Shown here: one piece after another, positions 38,454 through 48,002 of the stretch
Layout of the letters: the number at the start of each line of letters is the position of its first letter
Position numbering within the stretch: the stretch's first letter is position 1
Assembly: GCA_963840145.1 (NCBI GenBank)
Contig: CAWIXR010000002.1
Span: 256,280-320,279, forward strand
From: an uncultured Chloroflexia bacterium
GTDB lineage: Bacteria; Chloroflexota; Limnocylindria; QHBO01
Length of the DNA: 64,000 nt
Direction of reading: 5' to 3'
Notes under the pieces: model-generated
What the model was told of the DNA's origin: nothing
The model's input: the letters and a program-made list of their open reading frames with translations, nothing else
Databases searched by the model: none
Translations under genes and position numbers: made by a program

Positions 38454-39241
38454 GCAGCCTGCGGGTCGAGCGTGACGGCCCGTTCGCGCAGGTGACGCTG
38501 GACCGCCCGGAGGTCCGCAACGCGTTCAACGCCGAGCTGATCGGTGAGCTGCGAACGACCTTCGAGGCGCTCTCGACGGAGGCCCCGGACGCGCTGCGCG
38601 GAGTCGTGTTGGCCGGGAGCGGGTCGGTCTTCTGCGCCGGCGCCGACGTCGACTGGATGCGCTCGGCCATCGGCCTCGGCGTCGCGGAGAACGAGCGGGA
38701 TGCTGCCGCGCTTCACGCGATGCTCGCGGCGGTGGACCGCTGCCCGGTCCCGGTGATCGCCCGCGTCCAGGGGGCCGCGCTCGGTGGCGGGATGGGCCTC
38801 TGCGCGGTCTCGGACGTCGTCGTCGCCGCGGCCGATGCGACCTTCGGCTTCACCGAGACGAAGCTCGGCATCATCCCGGCGGTCATCAGCCCGTTCGTGC
38901 TGGCAAAGATCGGCGAGTCGCACGCTCGCGCGCTGTTCGCCACCGGCCAGCGCTTCGACGCCGATCGAGCGATGCGGATCGGCCTCGTCCACGAGGTGGT
39001 GGCCGACGAGGTGGAACTCGACGCGCGCGTTGACCAGCTCGTCGGCGAGGTGCGCTCGGCCGGACCGACGGCGGCGCGGGCGGCCAAGGCCCTCGTCCGC
39101 GAGCTGCGTGCCCTGAGCCCCGACGAGGCACGGGCCCACACGATCCGGCACATCGCCCAGCAGCGGACGTCGGCCGAGGGCCAGGAGGGCCTCGGCGCCT
39201 TCCTCGAGAAGCGGCGCCCGAGCTGGACCGCAGAGGAATAG
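38450..39241 (+). CDS. enoyl-CoA hydratase/isomerase (probable methylglutaconyl-CoA hydratase)
   Basis: Crotonase fold: VLAGSGSVFCAGADV, catalytic GGGMGL, E in FTETKLG. Lies within the MCC cluster. Confidence 0.85.
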   Translation: MSSLRVERDGPFAQVTLDRPEVRNAFNAELIGELRTTFEALSTEAPDALRGVVLAGSGSVFCAGADVDWMRSAIGLGVAENERDAAALHAMLAAVDRCPVPVIARVQGAALGGGMGLCAVSDVVVAAADATFGFTETKLGIIPAVISPFVLAKIGESHARALFATGQRFDADRAMRIGLVHEVVADEVELDARVDQLVGEVRSAGPTAARAAKALVRELRALSPDEARAHTIRHIAQQRTSAEGQEGLGAFLEKRRPSWTAEE

Positions 39242-39443
39242 CCGCGGCCGATGGACGCCGGGCTCTGCGATCGGTGCCGCTACCAGCGGATCGTGGGGAA
39301 CGCGCGCGGCAGCACGTTCAGCCTGTGCGAACGCTCGGGCTCCGATCCCCGCTATCCGCGCTACCCACGACTCCCCGTCCTCGCCTGCCCTGGATTCCTC
39401 CCACGTCTGCCCGACCAGGACCGACCCCTGCGACAATCGCGAC

Positions 39444-41471
39444 ATGCCTGTTGACCTGACCCCGCGACAGGTCGCCGATGAGCTCGGCGTCACCGTCCGG
39501 ACCGTGCAGCGCTGGATCGCGGATGGCCGCCTCCCGGCGACACGCGTCGGATCCCGGGTCCGCGTGTCGCGTTCGTCGCTGTCTGCGGTCGCCGAGGCAG
39601 CTCCGAGCGCACCTGCCGCCGGGCCGATCCGGACGCTGCTGATCGCGAACCGCGGCGAGATCGCCGCGCGGGTCGCGCGGACGGCGCATCGGCTCGGGAT
39701 GAGGGCCGTCGGCATCCACGCGCCCGACGAGCGGCCACCAGCTGCCGCGGACGAGGCGCACGAGGTCTCCGGCTACCTCGACGGCGCCGCGATCATCGCG
39801 GTCGCCCAGCAGACCGGCGCCGATGCGATCCATCCCGGGTACGGATTCCTCGCCGAGAACCCCGACTTCGCCCGGGCCGTGGCGGCGGCCGGCCTGCGGT
39901 GGGTCGGTCCGCCGGCGGACGCGATCGCGGCCATGGGCGACAAGGCCGAGGCCCGTCGTCACGCGGCCGCGCACGGCGTCCCGACGGTCCCCGGCTACGA
40001 CGGCGCCGACCAGGGCGACGTGACGCTCGCGCGCGAGGCCGGACAGATCGGCTTCCCGCTGCTCGTCAAGCCGAGTGCGGGAGGCGGCGGCAAGGGGATG
40101 CGCGTGGTCCGCGCCCCTGCCGACCTCACGGAGGCGCTGGCCGGCGCACGCCGCGAGGCGGATCGGTCCTTCCGCGACGATCGGCTCATCCTCGAGCGCT
40201 ATCTCGAGCGTTCCCGCCACGTCGAGATCCAGGTGCTCTTCGACGCGGCCGGGCACGGCGTCCACCTCGGCGAGCGCGACTGCTCGGCGCAGCGGCGCAA
40301 CCAGAAGATCGTCGAGGAGTCGCCGGCGCCATCGGTCACGGCGGACCTTCGCGCGCGCATGGGCACCGCGGCCCTGGCGGTGGCGGCGGCCGCCGGCTAC
40401 GTCAGCGCCGGAACGGTCGAGATGCTGCTGACCGATGCGGGCGAGTTCTTCTTCCTCGAGATGAACACGCGGCTGCAAGTCGAGCACCCCGTCACCGAGG
40501 CCGTCACCGGCCGCGACCTCGTCGCCGATCAGCTCGCGATCGCCGCCGGCGCGACGCTCGCCGACCTCGGTCTCGAACGGCCGCCGGCGTTCCGCGGCCA
40601 CGCGATCGAGGCCCGCCTCTACGCCGAGGACCCCGAGTCCGGATTCCTCCCCGCCACCGGCCGCCTGGCGCTCCTGCGCTGGCCGTCCGGCGTGCGCATC
40701 GACACCGGCGTGGCGGAGGGCGACGTCGTCGGCGACCGATACGACCCGATGTTGGCCAAGCTGATCGCCCATGGCTCGACCCGCGCGCAGGCGCTCGACC
40801 TGCTGCGGGAGGCGCTGGAAGGCACGACGCTGCTGGGCGTGCGCACGAACCTGCGCTTCCTGCGCTGGCTGCTCGACCGGCCCGAGATGCGCGACGGCGA
40901 GGTCCGCACCGACACGATCGCGGAACTCGAGCTTCCCGGTCCGCCGGCCGTCGAGGACGCCCATTGGCAGGCGGCCGCGCGGCTCGCGGCCTCCGACGCG
41001 AGCGATCCCTGGGCCGATGGCTGGCGGCTGAACGCGTCGAGGGTTCGGCGCATGCGCAACGGCGACGACGAGCGCTCGGTGATCGTCACCGGCCCGGAGC
41101 CGGCGGCCACCGCGGTCCGCGACGGAGGCACGCTCCACGTCGACGTCGACGGGCAGAGCCTCGAGTTCAGCATCGCCGAGCCGCCGACCGTGGAGTCGGC
41201 GGTGGCGCACGCCGCGACGGCCGACGAGGGCTCATCGGTCCTGACCGCGCCGATGCCCGGGCGCGTGATCGCCGTCCGCGCCGCCACGGGCGAGTCGGTC
41301 CGTGCCGGCGCGCCGGTCGTCGTCATCGAGGCGATGAAGATGGAGCACGCGGTGGCGGCGCCGATCGACGGGACCGTCGAGCGCGTCGCGGTCCGCGAGG
41401 GCGACCAGGTCGAGCGCGGGGCAGTGGTGGCCGAGATCGTCGCGGGCGATCGGCATACTGAGGCCCAATGA
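39444..41471 (+). CDS. methylcrotonyl/acyl-CoA carboxylase alpha subunit (biotin carboxylase + BCCP) with N-terminal excisionase-type HTH fusion
   Basis: Residues 1-46 LTPRQVADELGVTVRTVQRWIADGRLPATRVGSRVRV form an HTH_17/excisionase-family DNA-binding motif, followed by an Ala/Pro linker. Then biotin carboxylase IRTLLIANRGEIA..., the ATP-grasp, and C-terminal biotinyl EAMKME. Confidence 0.85.
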   Translation: MPVDLTPRQVADELGVTVRTVQRWIADGRLPATRVGSRVRVSRSSLSAVAEAAPSAPAAGPIRTLLIANRGEIAARVARTAHRLGMRAVGIHAPDERPPAAADEAHEVSGYLDGAAIIAVAQQTGADAIHPGYGFLAENPDFARAVAAAGLRWVGPPADAIAAMGDKAEARRHAAAHGVPTVPGYDGADQGDVTLAREAGQIGFPLLVKPSAGGGGKGMRVVRAPADLTEALAGARREADRSFRDDRLILERYLERSRHVEIQVLFDAAGHGVHLGERDCSAQRRNQKIVEESPAPSVTADLRARMGTAALAVAAAAGYVSAGTVEMLLTDAGEFFFLEMNTRLQVEHPVTEAVTGRDLVADQLAIAAGATLADLGLERPPAFRGHAIEARLYAEDPESGFLPATGRLALLRWPSGVRIDTGVAEGDVVGDRYDPMLAKLIAHGSTRAQALDLLREALEGTTLLGVRTNLRFLRWLLDRPEMRDGEVRTDTIAELELPGPPAVEDAHWQAAARLAASDASDPWADGWRLNASRVRRMRNGDDERSVIVTGPEPAATAVRDGGTLHVDVDGQSLEFSIAEPPTVESAVAHAATADEGSSVLTAPMPGRVIAVRAATGESVRAGAPVVVIEAMKMEHAVAAPIDGTVERVAVREGDQVERGAVVAEIVAGDRHTEAQ

Positions 41472-42367
41472 CCGACGTCCGCATCTACGAGGTCGGGCCG
41501 CGCGACGGGCTCCAGAACGAGGCCGCGCCGATCCCGACCGAGGCGAAGCTGCGCTTCATCGACCTCCTGGCCGATGCGGGCCTGCGCGAGATCGAGGCCA
41601 CAAGCTTCGTCTCGCCGCGCGCGATCCCGCAGCTCGCCGATGCCGACGACCTGATGGCGCGCCTCGAGCGGCGGCCCGGCGTGCGCTATCCGGTGCTCGT
41701 GCCCAATGCGCGCGGGATGGAGCGCGCGGAGGCGGCCGGCGTCGACGCCGTCTGCGTCTTCACCGCGGCGTCCGAGGCGTTCACCGCGCACAACATCAAC
41801 ATGACGATCGCGGAGTCGATCGACGCGTTCCGGCCCGTCGTCGCCCGCGCGCGGGAGCTCGGCTGGTGGACCCGCGGCTACGTGAGCACCGCCTTTGGCT
41901 GCCCGTACCAGGGCGCGGTCGAAGAAGGGGCCGTCGTGGACGTCTCGCAACGGCTCCTCGATCTGGGGATCGACGAGCTGAGCATCGGCGACACGATCGG
42001 CGTTGCCGTCCCGGCCGACGTGCGTCGCGTGGTCGGCGCGCTGACCGCCGCGGGAATCGCGACCGAGCGCCTGGCGATGCACTTCCACGACACCCGCGGC
42101 ACGGCACTGGCGAACGTCTCCACCGCGCTGGAGCTGGGGATTCGCTGCTTCGATGCCTCGACCGGCGGCACGGGCGGCTGCCCGTACGCCCCGGGCGCTG
42201 CCGGCAACCTCGCCACCGAGGACCTCGTCTACCTGCTCGACCGCGAAGGGCTGTCGCACGGCGTGGACCTGGATCGGCTGCTCGTGGCGGCCCGCCACGT
42301 GAGCGATACGCTCGGCCGGCCACTGAGCACAAAGGTGGGCCAGGCCGGCGGCTGGCGTCTACCATAG
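41468..42367 (+). CDS. hydroxymethylglutaryl-CoA lyase
   Basis: HMGL-like TIM barrel with EVGPRDGLQNE, catalytic Cys in GGCPYAPGAAGN, and HFHDTRG. Confidence 0.9.
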   Translation: MTDVRIYEVGPRDGLQNEAAPIPTEAKLRFIDLLADAGLREIEATSFVSPRAIPQLADADDLMARLERRPGVRYPVLVPNARGMERAEAAGVDAVCVFTAASEAFTAHNINMTIAESIDAFRPVVARARELGWWTRGYVSTAFGCPYQGAVEEGAVVDVSQRLLDLGIDELSIGDTIGVAVPADVRRVVGALTAAGIATERLAMHFHDTRGTALANVSTALELGIRCFDASTGGTGGCPYAPGAAGNLATEDLVYLLDREGLSHGVDLDRLLVAARHVSDTLGRPLSTKVGQAGGWRLP

Positions 42368-42374
42368 GCCGCCG

Positions 42375-43349
42375 ATGGACGCCGAGGTCGCGCCCCGCCC
42401 ACTGATCCTGGATGTCGACACCGGGATCGACGACATGATCGCCCTGCTCATCGCGGCCACGAGCCCGGAGATCAACCTGCGTGGCGTGACCTGCGTGGCC
42501 GGCAACGTCGAGATCCACCACGTCGCGCGCAACACCGGCAAGGTGCTGCGCATGGTCGGCCGCGGCGACGTGCCGGTCAGCATCGGCGCCGCCCGTCCGC
42601 TCCAGCGCCGGCTGCGCACGGCACCCGACACCCACGGCCCGACGGGCACCGGCTACGTCGAGCTGCGCGGCGAGGAGCGTGGCCTCGGCACGACCGAGTA
42701 CACCGCGATCCCCGCCAGCCGCTACATCGGCGCGCACGTGAGCCGCCACCCTGGCGAGATGTCGATCGTCGCGCTCGGGCCCTTGACGAACCTGGCGGCC
42801 GCCGCCCAGCACGGCACCGACCTGGCGGGCTCGACCCGCGAGGTGATCTGGATGGGCGGAACGCTCGAGGAGCGCGGGAACACGACGGAGACCGGCGAGT
42901 GGAACGCCTGCGTCGATCCCGAGGCCGCGGAGACGTGCCTGCGGGCCGGCGCGATCCACCGCATCTTCCCGCTCGATGCCACACAGGACGTGATCTTCAC
43001 CATGGAGGACCTCAATGCGCTCCCCGAGACGCACCTGACCGGCATCGTTCGTGACGCGGTGCGCTTCTACGTCGGCTTCCATCGCCAGGCCGATGGCATC
43101 GACGGCGCCTACCTGCACGACCCTGTCGTGCTCATCGCCTCGCTGCTGCGCCCCGACCTCGTGACGGAGACCGTGAGCGAGACGCTCGCCTGCGACACGA
43201 GCGCCGATCCGTACCTGGCCGGGAGCCTGTATCGGTCGGAGGAGGGAAGCCGGCCGCCGGTCCGGGTCGCCACCGCCATCGATCCCGACGGCATGAAGGC
43301 CGAGCTGATCTCGCGCCTCGCCCGCGCCGTCAGCGTGCCCTACAGCTGA
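42375..43349 (+). CDS. nucleoside hydrolase (IU-NH family)
   Basis: N-terminal aspartate cluster LILDVDTGIDD (DxDxxxDD). 324 aa. Confidence 0.85.
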   Translation: MDAEVAPRPLILDVDTGIDDMIALLIAATSPEINLRGVTCVAGNVEIHHVARNTGKVLRMVGRGDVPVSIGAARPLQRRLRTAPDTHGPTGTGYVELRGEERGLGTTEYTAIPASRYIGAHVSRHPGEMSIVALGPLTNLAAAAQHGTDLAGSTREVIWMGGTLEERGNTTETGEWNACVDPEAAETCLRAGAIHRIFPLDATQDVIFTMEDLNALPETHLTGIVRDAVRFYVGFHRQADGIDGAYLHDPVVLIASLLRPDLVTETVSETLACDTSADPYLAGSLYRSEEGSRPPVRVATAIDPDGMKAELISRLARAVSVPYS

Positions 43350-43380
43350 ATCGCCCGCACACCGGAGGAGGGTTCCACCC

Positions 43381-44484
43381 ATGGTCGTACGCTGGATCGC
43401 TGCCCTCGTCGCGTTCCTCGTCGTCGTCACCGCCGGCGTCGTCCTCGCCGGCGGCATCCCGGATCCCGGCGAGGCCGATCCGGTCACCTTTGCCTACCAG
43501 GCGGTAGCGGACGTCCTGGCGCTCGTCCTCGGCGTCGCGCTGCTCGCCGCGATCGCCGTGTGGCTAGTCGTCGAGCGCATCCAGACCGGGGCAAACGCGT
43601 CGGTGAGCACCCAGTTCACGACGCGCACGCTCATCCTCATGCCGATCGGGATCGCCCTGAACATCATCCTCGGCCAGACCGTGGCATCCGCGTTGAAGAT
43701 CCCGATCTACCTCGACTCGATCGGCACGATCCTCGTCGGCGTCCTGGCCGGCCCGCTGGCCGGAGCCGCCACCGGCCTGCTCGCCAACGTGCTGTGGGCG
43801 TACGTGATCCCGCCACCATTCCAGTACCCGCCCGCCGCGGCGTTCGCGATCGTCGCCGCGGTCATCGGCCTTCTTGCCGGCATCGCCGGTGGGCAGGGGT
43901 TCCTCCGCCCGCGGTTGAACCGGCCGGTCGGGCAGCTCGTCGCTGGCGGCGCGATCACCGCCGTCGTGATCGGCCTGCTGGCCTACGTCGGCTACCTGGG
44001 CTATACGGCCGCCATCGGGCCGGCGAGCCTGGCGCCGACATCCGACAACGCGATCTTCGTCATCCTCGGCTGGGTGGCGCTGGGCCTCGTGCTCGCCACG
44101 GTGATCGGCCTGTTCGCGCTGCTCATCCTGCGGCGCGACCTCACCGCCACCTACGTCGTCGTCGTCGGGATGGTGACCGGCATCGTCGCCGCGCTGATCA
44201 GCGCCCCGATCGCGGCCGGCGTCTTCGGCGGCGTCACCGGCGCGGGCACCGACTTCCTGGTTGCCGCGTTCCGGCAGGGCGGTGCCGACATCGAGGCCGC
44301 GACCCTCGGCCAGGGCCTGATCAGCGACCCGATCGACAAGATCACGACCTTCTTCGTGGTGTACCTCATCGTCAGCGCGATGGCACGGCGCATGAAGGCG
44401 CGCTTCCCGCAGGGAGAGCAGCTGCTGGAGGAGACCGATCAGCCGGCCGCCGAGGAGGGTGAGTGGCGGGGAGCGCCCGCCTGA
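43381..44484 (+). CDS. ECF transporter S (substrate-specific) component, unusually long (~10 TM)
   Basis: The core TRTLILMPIGIALNIILG...IPIYLDSIGTILVGVLAGPLAGAATGLLANVLW resembles ECF S components. Extra N- and C-terminal TM helices take it to 367 aa. Followed by EcfT and two EcfA. Confidence 0.6.
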   Translation: MVVRWIAALVAFLVVVTAGVVLAGGIPDPGEADPVTFAYQAVADVLALVLGVALLAAIAVWLVVERIQTGANASVSTQFTTRTLILMPIGIALNIILGQTVASALKIPIYLDSIGTILVGVLAGPLAGAATGLLANVLWAYVIPPPFQYPPAAAFAIVAAVIGLLAGIAGGQGFLRPRLNRPVGQLVAGGAITAVVIGLLAYVGYLGYTAAIGPASLAPTSDNAIFVILGWVALGLVLATVIGLFALLILRRDLTATYVVVVGMVTGIVAALISAPIAAGVFGGVTGAGTDFLVAAFRQGGADIEAATLGQGLISDPIDKITTFFVVYLIVSAMARRMKARFPQGEQLLEETDQPAAEEGEWRGAPA

Positions 44485-45293
44485 GCGACGGCGCTGCGGC
44501 GACCGATCGGGGCGTCCCGGACTTCCTCGGGCGCCCCGGACCGAGCGCGGTCCATCGGCTCAACCCGCTCACCAAGGCGACCCTCGCCACCGTCACCGCC
44601 ATCGCGGCGGTCGTCCTCGGCGGGCTGCTCGGCCCGGCGCTGCTGGTCGTCGTCGCGGTCATCGTGCCGGCGCTGTTCGCCGGAGTCATCGGTCAGCTGG
44701 CTCGGCTGGCACTGCTGCTCTCGCTGCCGCTCGCCGTCTCGGCGCTGCTCGTCAACGTCTTCTTCTTCCCCGGCGGTACGACGGTCCTGTTCCAGGTCGG
44801 ACCGATCACCGCCACCGCCGAGGGCCTCGCCTTTGCCGTCGAGATCCTGGCGCGGATCCTCGCCATCAGCGGCGCGGTCACGCTGTTCTACCTGACGACG
44901 CGGCCGTCGGACCTCGTCATCGACCTCGAGCGCCGCGGGGTCAGCCCGCGCGTAGGGTTCGTCGCCAACGCATCGGTGCAGACGGTGCCGGCCATGGTCG
45001 AGCGCGCGGGCCAGATCACCGCCGCGCAGCGCGCCCGTGGGCTCGATACCGAGGGCTCGGTATGGCGCCGCGTCCGCGGGATCGTGCCGATCGTCGGCCC
45101 GGTGATCCTCGGCTCGATCGCGGAGATCGAGGAGCGCGCGATGGCCCTCGAGGCCCGTGGATTCGGCCGGCCGGGCCGCCGCACGCTGCTGTGGGCGCCT
45201 GCGGACTCGCGCGCGCAGGCCGTCGCGCGCTGGGCCCTGCTGGCCGCGCTCGTCGCGCTGATCGTCGCGCGCCTTGCGGGGTGGCTGCCGTGA
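44463..45293 (+). CDS. ecfT: ECF transporter transmembrane component EcfT (CbiQ family)
   Basis: Five TM helices plus the conserved C-terminal coupling motif region ARGL..E...A..ARG. Confidence 0.8.
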   Translation: MAGSARLSDGAAATDRGVPDFLGRPGPSAVHRLNPLTKATLATVTAIAAVVLGGLLGPALLVVVAVIVPALFAGVIGQLARLALLLSLPLAVSALLVNVFFFPGGTTVLFQVGPITATAEGLAFAVEILARILAISGAVTLFYLTTRPSDLVIDLERRGVSPRVGFVANASVQTVPAMVERAGQITAAQRARGLDTEGSVWRRVRGIVPIVGPVILGSIAEIEERAMALEARGFGRPGRRTLLWAPADSRAQAVARWALLAALVALIVARLAGWLP

Positions 45294-46105
45294 GCATCGA
45301 GCTGGCGGGGGTCGGCTACCGCTACGCCGGCGAGGCGCAGCCGGCCCTGCTTGACGTCGATCTCGAGCTGCGCGACGGCGAGGTGCTCGGCGTCGCCGGT
45401 CGCTCCGAGTCGGGCAAGACGACGCTGTGCCTCGTCGTCAGCGGCATCGCGCCACGGACAATCGGCGGGCGCATTCGCGGGCACGTCACCCTGGACGGTG
45501 AGGCGGTCGACGACTGGCCGATGCATCGGCTCAGCCAGCGCGTCGCGATCGGCTTCCAGAACCCGACGACGCAGCTGTCGCAGGTCGCCGAGAGCGTCTT
45601 CGAGGAAGTTGCCTTCGGACCGATGAACCTCGCGCTGCCGCGCGACGAGGTCGTCGCCCGCACCTGGGACGCGCTCGCCGCGTTGCGCATCGACGATCTC
45701 GCAGAGCGCGATCCGCGCCGCCTGTCGGGCGGGCAGCAGCAGCTCGTCGCGATCGCCGGGCTGCTGGCGATGCGCCCACAGCACCTCGTCCTCGACGAGC
45801 CGACCGCCCAGCTCGACCCGGCCGGCACGCGGCTCGTGGCCGCCGCCATCTCGCGGCTGGCTGCCGACGGCGCCTCGATCCTGGTGACGGAGCAGAAGAC
45901 CGACCTGCTCTCGGCCGTCAGCTCGCGGGTGCTGGTACTGGATGGCGGCCGGGTGGCGCTCGCCGGAGACGCGGCGTCGGTGCTCGGCGACGAGCGGCTG
46001 ACGGCGCTGGGCGTGGCGGAGCCGTCATCGGTACGGCTGCGGCGGGCGATCGCGGCGGCCGGAATCGACGGCACGCGCATCGAGGCGGTGGCGAGCGATG
46101 CCTGA
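45290..46105 (+). CDS. ecfA: ECF transporter ATPase component EcfA
   Basis: GTG start overlapping the EcfT stop (GTGA). Walker A GRSESGKTT, signature LSGGQQQ, Walker B LVLDEPT. Confidence 0.85.
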   Translation: MSIELAGVGYRYAGEAQPALLDVDLELRDGEVLGVAGRSESGKTTLCLVVSGIAPRTIGGRIRGHVTLDGEAVDDWPMHRLSQRVAIGFQNPTTQLSQVAESVFEEVAFGPMNLALPRDEVVARTWDALAALRIDDLAERDPRRLSGGQQQLVAIAGLLAMRPQHLVLDEPTAQLDPAGTRLVAAAISRLAADGASILVTEQKTDLLSAVSSRVLVLDGGRVALAGDAASVLGDERLTALGVAEPSSVRLRRAIAAAGIDGTRIEAVASDA

Positions 46106-46907
46106 GCTCGCGGTCACCGGCCTCGTCCACGCCTACGCCGAGGGCGGCGTGCGGGCGCTGGACGGGATCGACCTGGCGATCGGCCCGGGCGAGCGCGTGG
46201 CGATCGTCGGTCAGAACGGGAGCGGCAAGACGACGCTCGTGCGCCACCTCAACGGTTTGCTGCGGCCGACCGCCGGCACGGTGCGGCTGGACGGCGTCGA
46301 CGCCGCCACGATGACGGTCGCGCAGCTGGCGGCGCGCGTCGGGCTCGTCTTCCAGGATCCGGACCGCCAGATCTTCTCCGGCTCGGTTCGCGGCGAGGTC
46401 GAGTTCGGGGCGCGCAACGTCGGCCTGCGCGATGACGCCCGGCGCGTCGCGGTGGCCAACGCGCTGCGTGCCACCGGGCTGGAGGGTCACGTGGCGATGA
46501 ACCCGTACGACCTCGGCGGCGCGCGTCGGAAGCTGCTGGCGCTCGCATCGGTCCTGGCGATGGAGACCCCGGTGCTCATCCTCGACGAGCCGACGACCGG
46601 CCAGGACGCGGCCGGCGAGTTGCGGGTGCGGGAGATCGTCGAGTCGGTGGCCGCCGCCGGCCGGACCGTGGTCGCGATCAGCCACGACATGCGCTTCGTG
46701 GCCGAGACCTTCGAGCGCGTCGTCGTCATGCGGGCCGGTCGCGTGATCCTCGACGGCAGCCCGGCGACCGTCTTCGCCGCGGAGTCATGGGAAGCGCTGC
46801 GCTCGACGTACCTCGAGCCACCATTCGCCGCGCTCGTCGGCGATCGACTGGGCCTCGGCTCGACGCCGACAGATGCGAGCCTGGTCGGGGCGCTCGCCGC
46901 TCAGTAG
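46098..46907 (+). CDS. ecfA: ECF transporter ATPase component EcfA'
   Basis: Walker A GQNGSGKTT, signature LGGARRK (degenerate LSGGQ), Walker B LILDEPT. Confidence 0.85.
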   Translation: MPELAVTGLVHAYAEGGVRALDGIDLAIGPGERVAIVGQNGSGKTTLVRHLNGLLRPTAGTVRLDGVDAATMTVAQLAARVGLVFQDPDRQIFSGSVRGEVEFGARNVGLRDDARRVAVANALRATGLEGHVAMNPYDLGGARRKLLALASVLAMETPVLILDEPTTGQDAAGELRVREIVESVAAAGRTVVAISHDMRFVAETFERVVVMRAGRVILDGSPATVFAAESWEALRSTYLEPPFAALVGDRLGLGSTPTDASLVGALAAQ

Positions 46908-47344
46908 AAGCCAGGCGGCGGCGGGAGCGGGTTGCCCTCGGCGTCGAGGCGATCGTCGGTCGGAAGGTCGTCGCGGTGCTCGCGTCCCTCGATCGGTCCG
47001 GGGATCGGCAGGGCCATGACGCTGGAGGGGACCTCGTCCAGCCGATCGGCGATGCCGCGCAGGCCCAGGCGGCGGAGGGCGGGCCCGAAGCGATCGGTGA
47101 AGTCGGGGTCGCGGAGCAGGCCGAAGGCCAGCGACGAATGCGCTCGGTTGAGGAGCTCGATCGCGCGCGCCGATTCATAGGCGTTGACCTGGTTCAGCCC
47201 GAGCTGCCGCTCGAGGGTGTCGAGCGCCCGATTTGCCTCTTTGCGCGTCGCCTTGCTGAAATGGGGCGTGCGATTCACGAGCAGCTTCGTCCGGTAGAGC
47301 GCCTCGCGCACCCGAGCGTCACGATTGAGGTTGGCCTGGGTCAT
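46901..47344 (-). CDS. hypothetical protein
   Basis: ORF trimmed to Met36 (MTQANLNRDAR). 147 aa. Convergent 7-nt overlap with ecfA'. Confidence 0.45.
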   Translation of the reverse strand: MTQANLNRDARVREALYRTKLLVNRTPHFSKATRKEANRALDTLERQLGLNQVNAYESARAIELLNRAHSSLAFGLLRDPDFTDRFGPALRRLGLRGIADRLDEVPSSVMALPIPGPIEGREHRDDLPTDDRLDAEGNPLPPPPGFY

Positions 47345-48002
47345 GGTCCGAATACTACGCGAGGAGCCCGGCTGGGAGGACTCGCTCGCCCGTGCCTTGG
47401 ATCGCGCGCCCCGGCCGATTCCCCTCGACGAGCGGCTCCTGCCGCGCACCGCCGACGGCCAGGTCAGCCGGCGCCGATTCGAGCGCGGCGACTTCCCGCC
47501 CGCCCGCGCCGCGGCGACGCTGCTGGCGATCTACCCAGATGCAGAGGGCAACCTGGTCGTGCCCCTGACCGTGCGGCACGGCGACCTGCGCGCCCATGCC
47601 GGCGAGGTCTCGCTCCCGGGCGGGTCCGTCGACGCGGCCGATGCGAGCCCCGAGGCGGCCGCCCTGCGCGAGGCGTGGGAGGAGGTCGGACTGCCGCCGG
47701 ACGGCGTGCGCATCGTCGGCCGGCTCGACCCGGTCTGGATCCCGACCAGCAACTTCGAGCTGCTGCCGTTCGTGGGGACGGTCGCTGTACGGCCGGCGCT
47801 CGTGCCGCATGACGCGGAGGTGACCGCCATCGTCGAGCTGCCGCTCGCCGGGCTGTGGGACCCGCACGTGGTCGGGATCGAGGAGATCGTCGTGCGCGGC
47901 CTGACGCTGCGCGCCGGCGCATATCGGTACGGTGGGGTCGTGGTCTGGGGCGCCACCGCGCTCACGCTCGGGATGCTGGCGCACGTCCTCGACGCGCCCT
48001 AG
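47343..48002 (+). CDS. NUDIX hydrolase (CoA pyrophosphatase-like)
   Basis: Nudix box LPGGSVDAADASPEAAALREAWEEVGL. Start chosen at ATG 47343 in frame with ORF 47325; it overlaps the divergent gene start by 2 nt, so the start is uncertain. Confidence 0.72.
   Translation: MVRILREEPGWEDSLARALDRAPRPIPLDERLLPRTADGQVSRRRFERGDFPPARAAATLLAIYPDAEGNLVVPLTVRHGDLRAHAGEVSLPGGSVDAADASPEAAALREAWEEVGLPPDGVRIVGRLDPVWIPTSNFELLPFVGTVAVRPALVPHDAEVTAIVELPLAGLWDPHVVGIEEIVVRGLTLRAGAYRYGGVVVWGATALTLGMLAHVLDAP

Noticed and set aside
35881-43487. Multiple 500-670-aa antisense or alternate-frame ORFs across the MCC/HMG-CoA lyase cluster (35881..37419 -, 38264..39715 -, 39318..41210 -, 39899..41461 +, 40619..42298 -, 41796..43487 -)
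   Set aside because: GC-driven shadow ORFs. The annotated frames have unambiguous carboxylase, crotonase and HMGL motifs.
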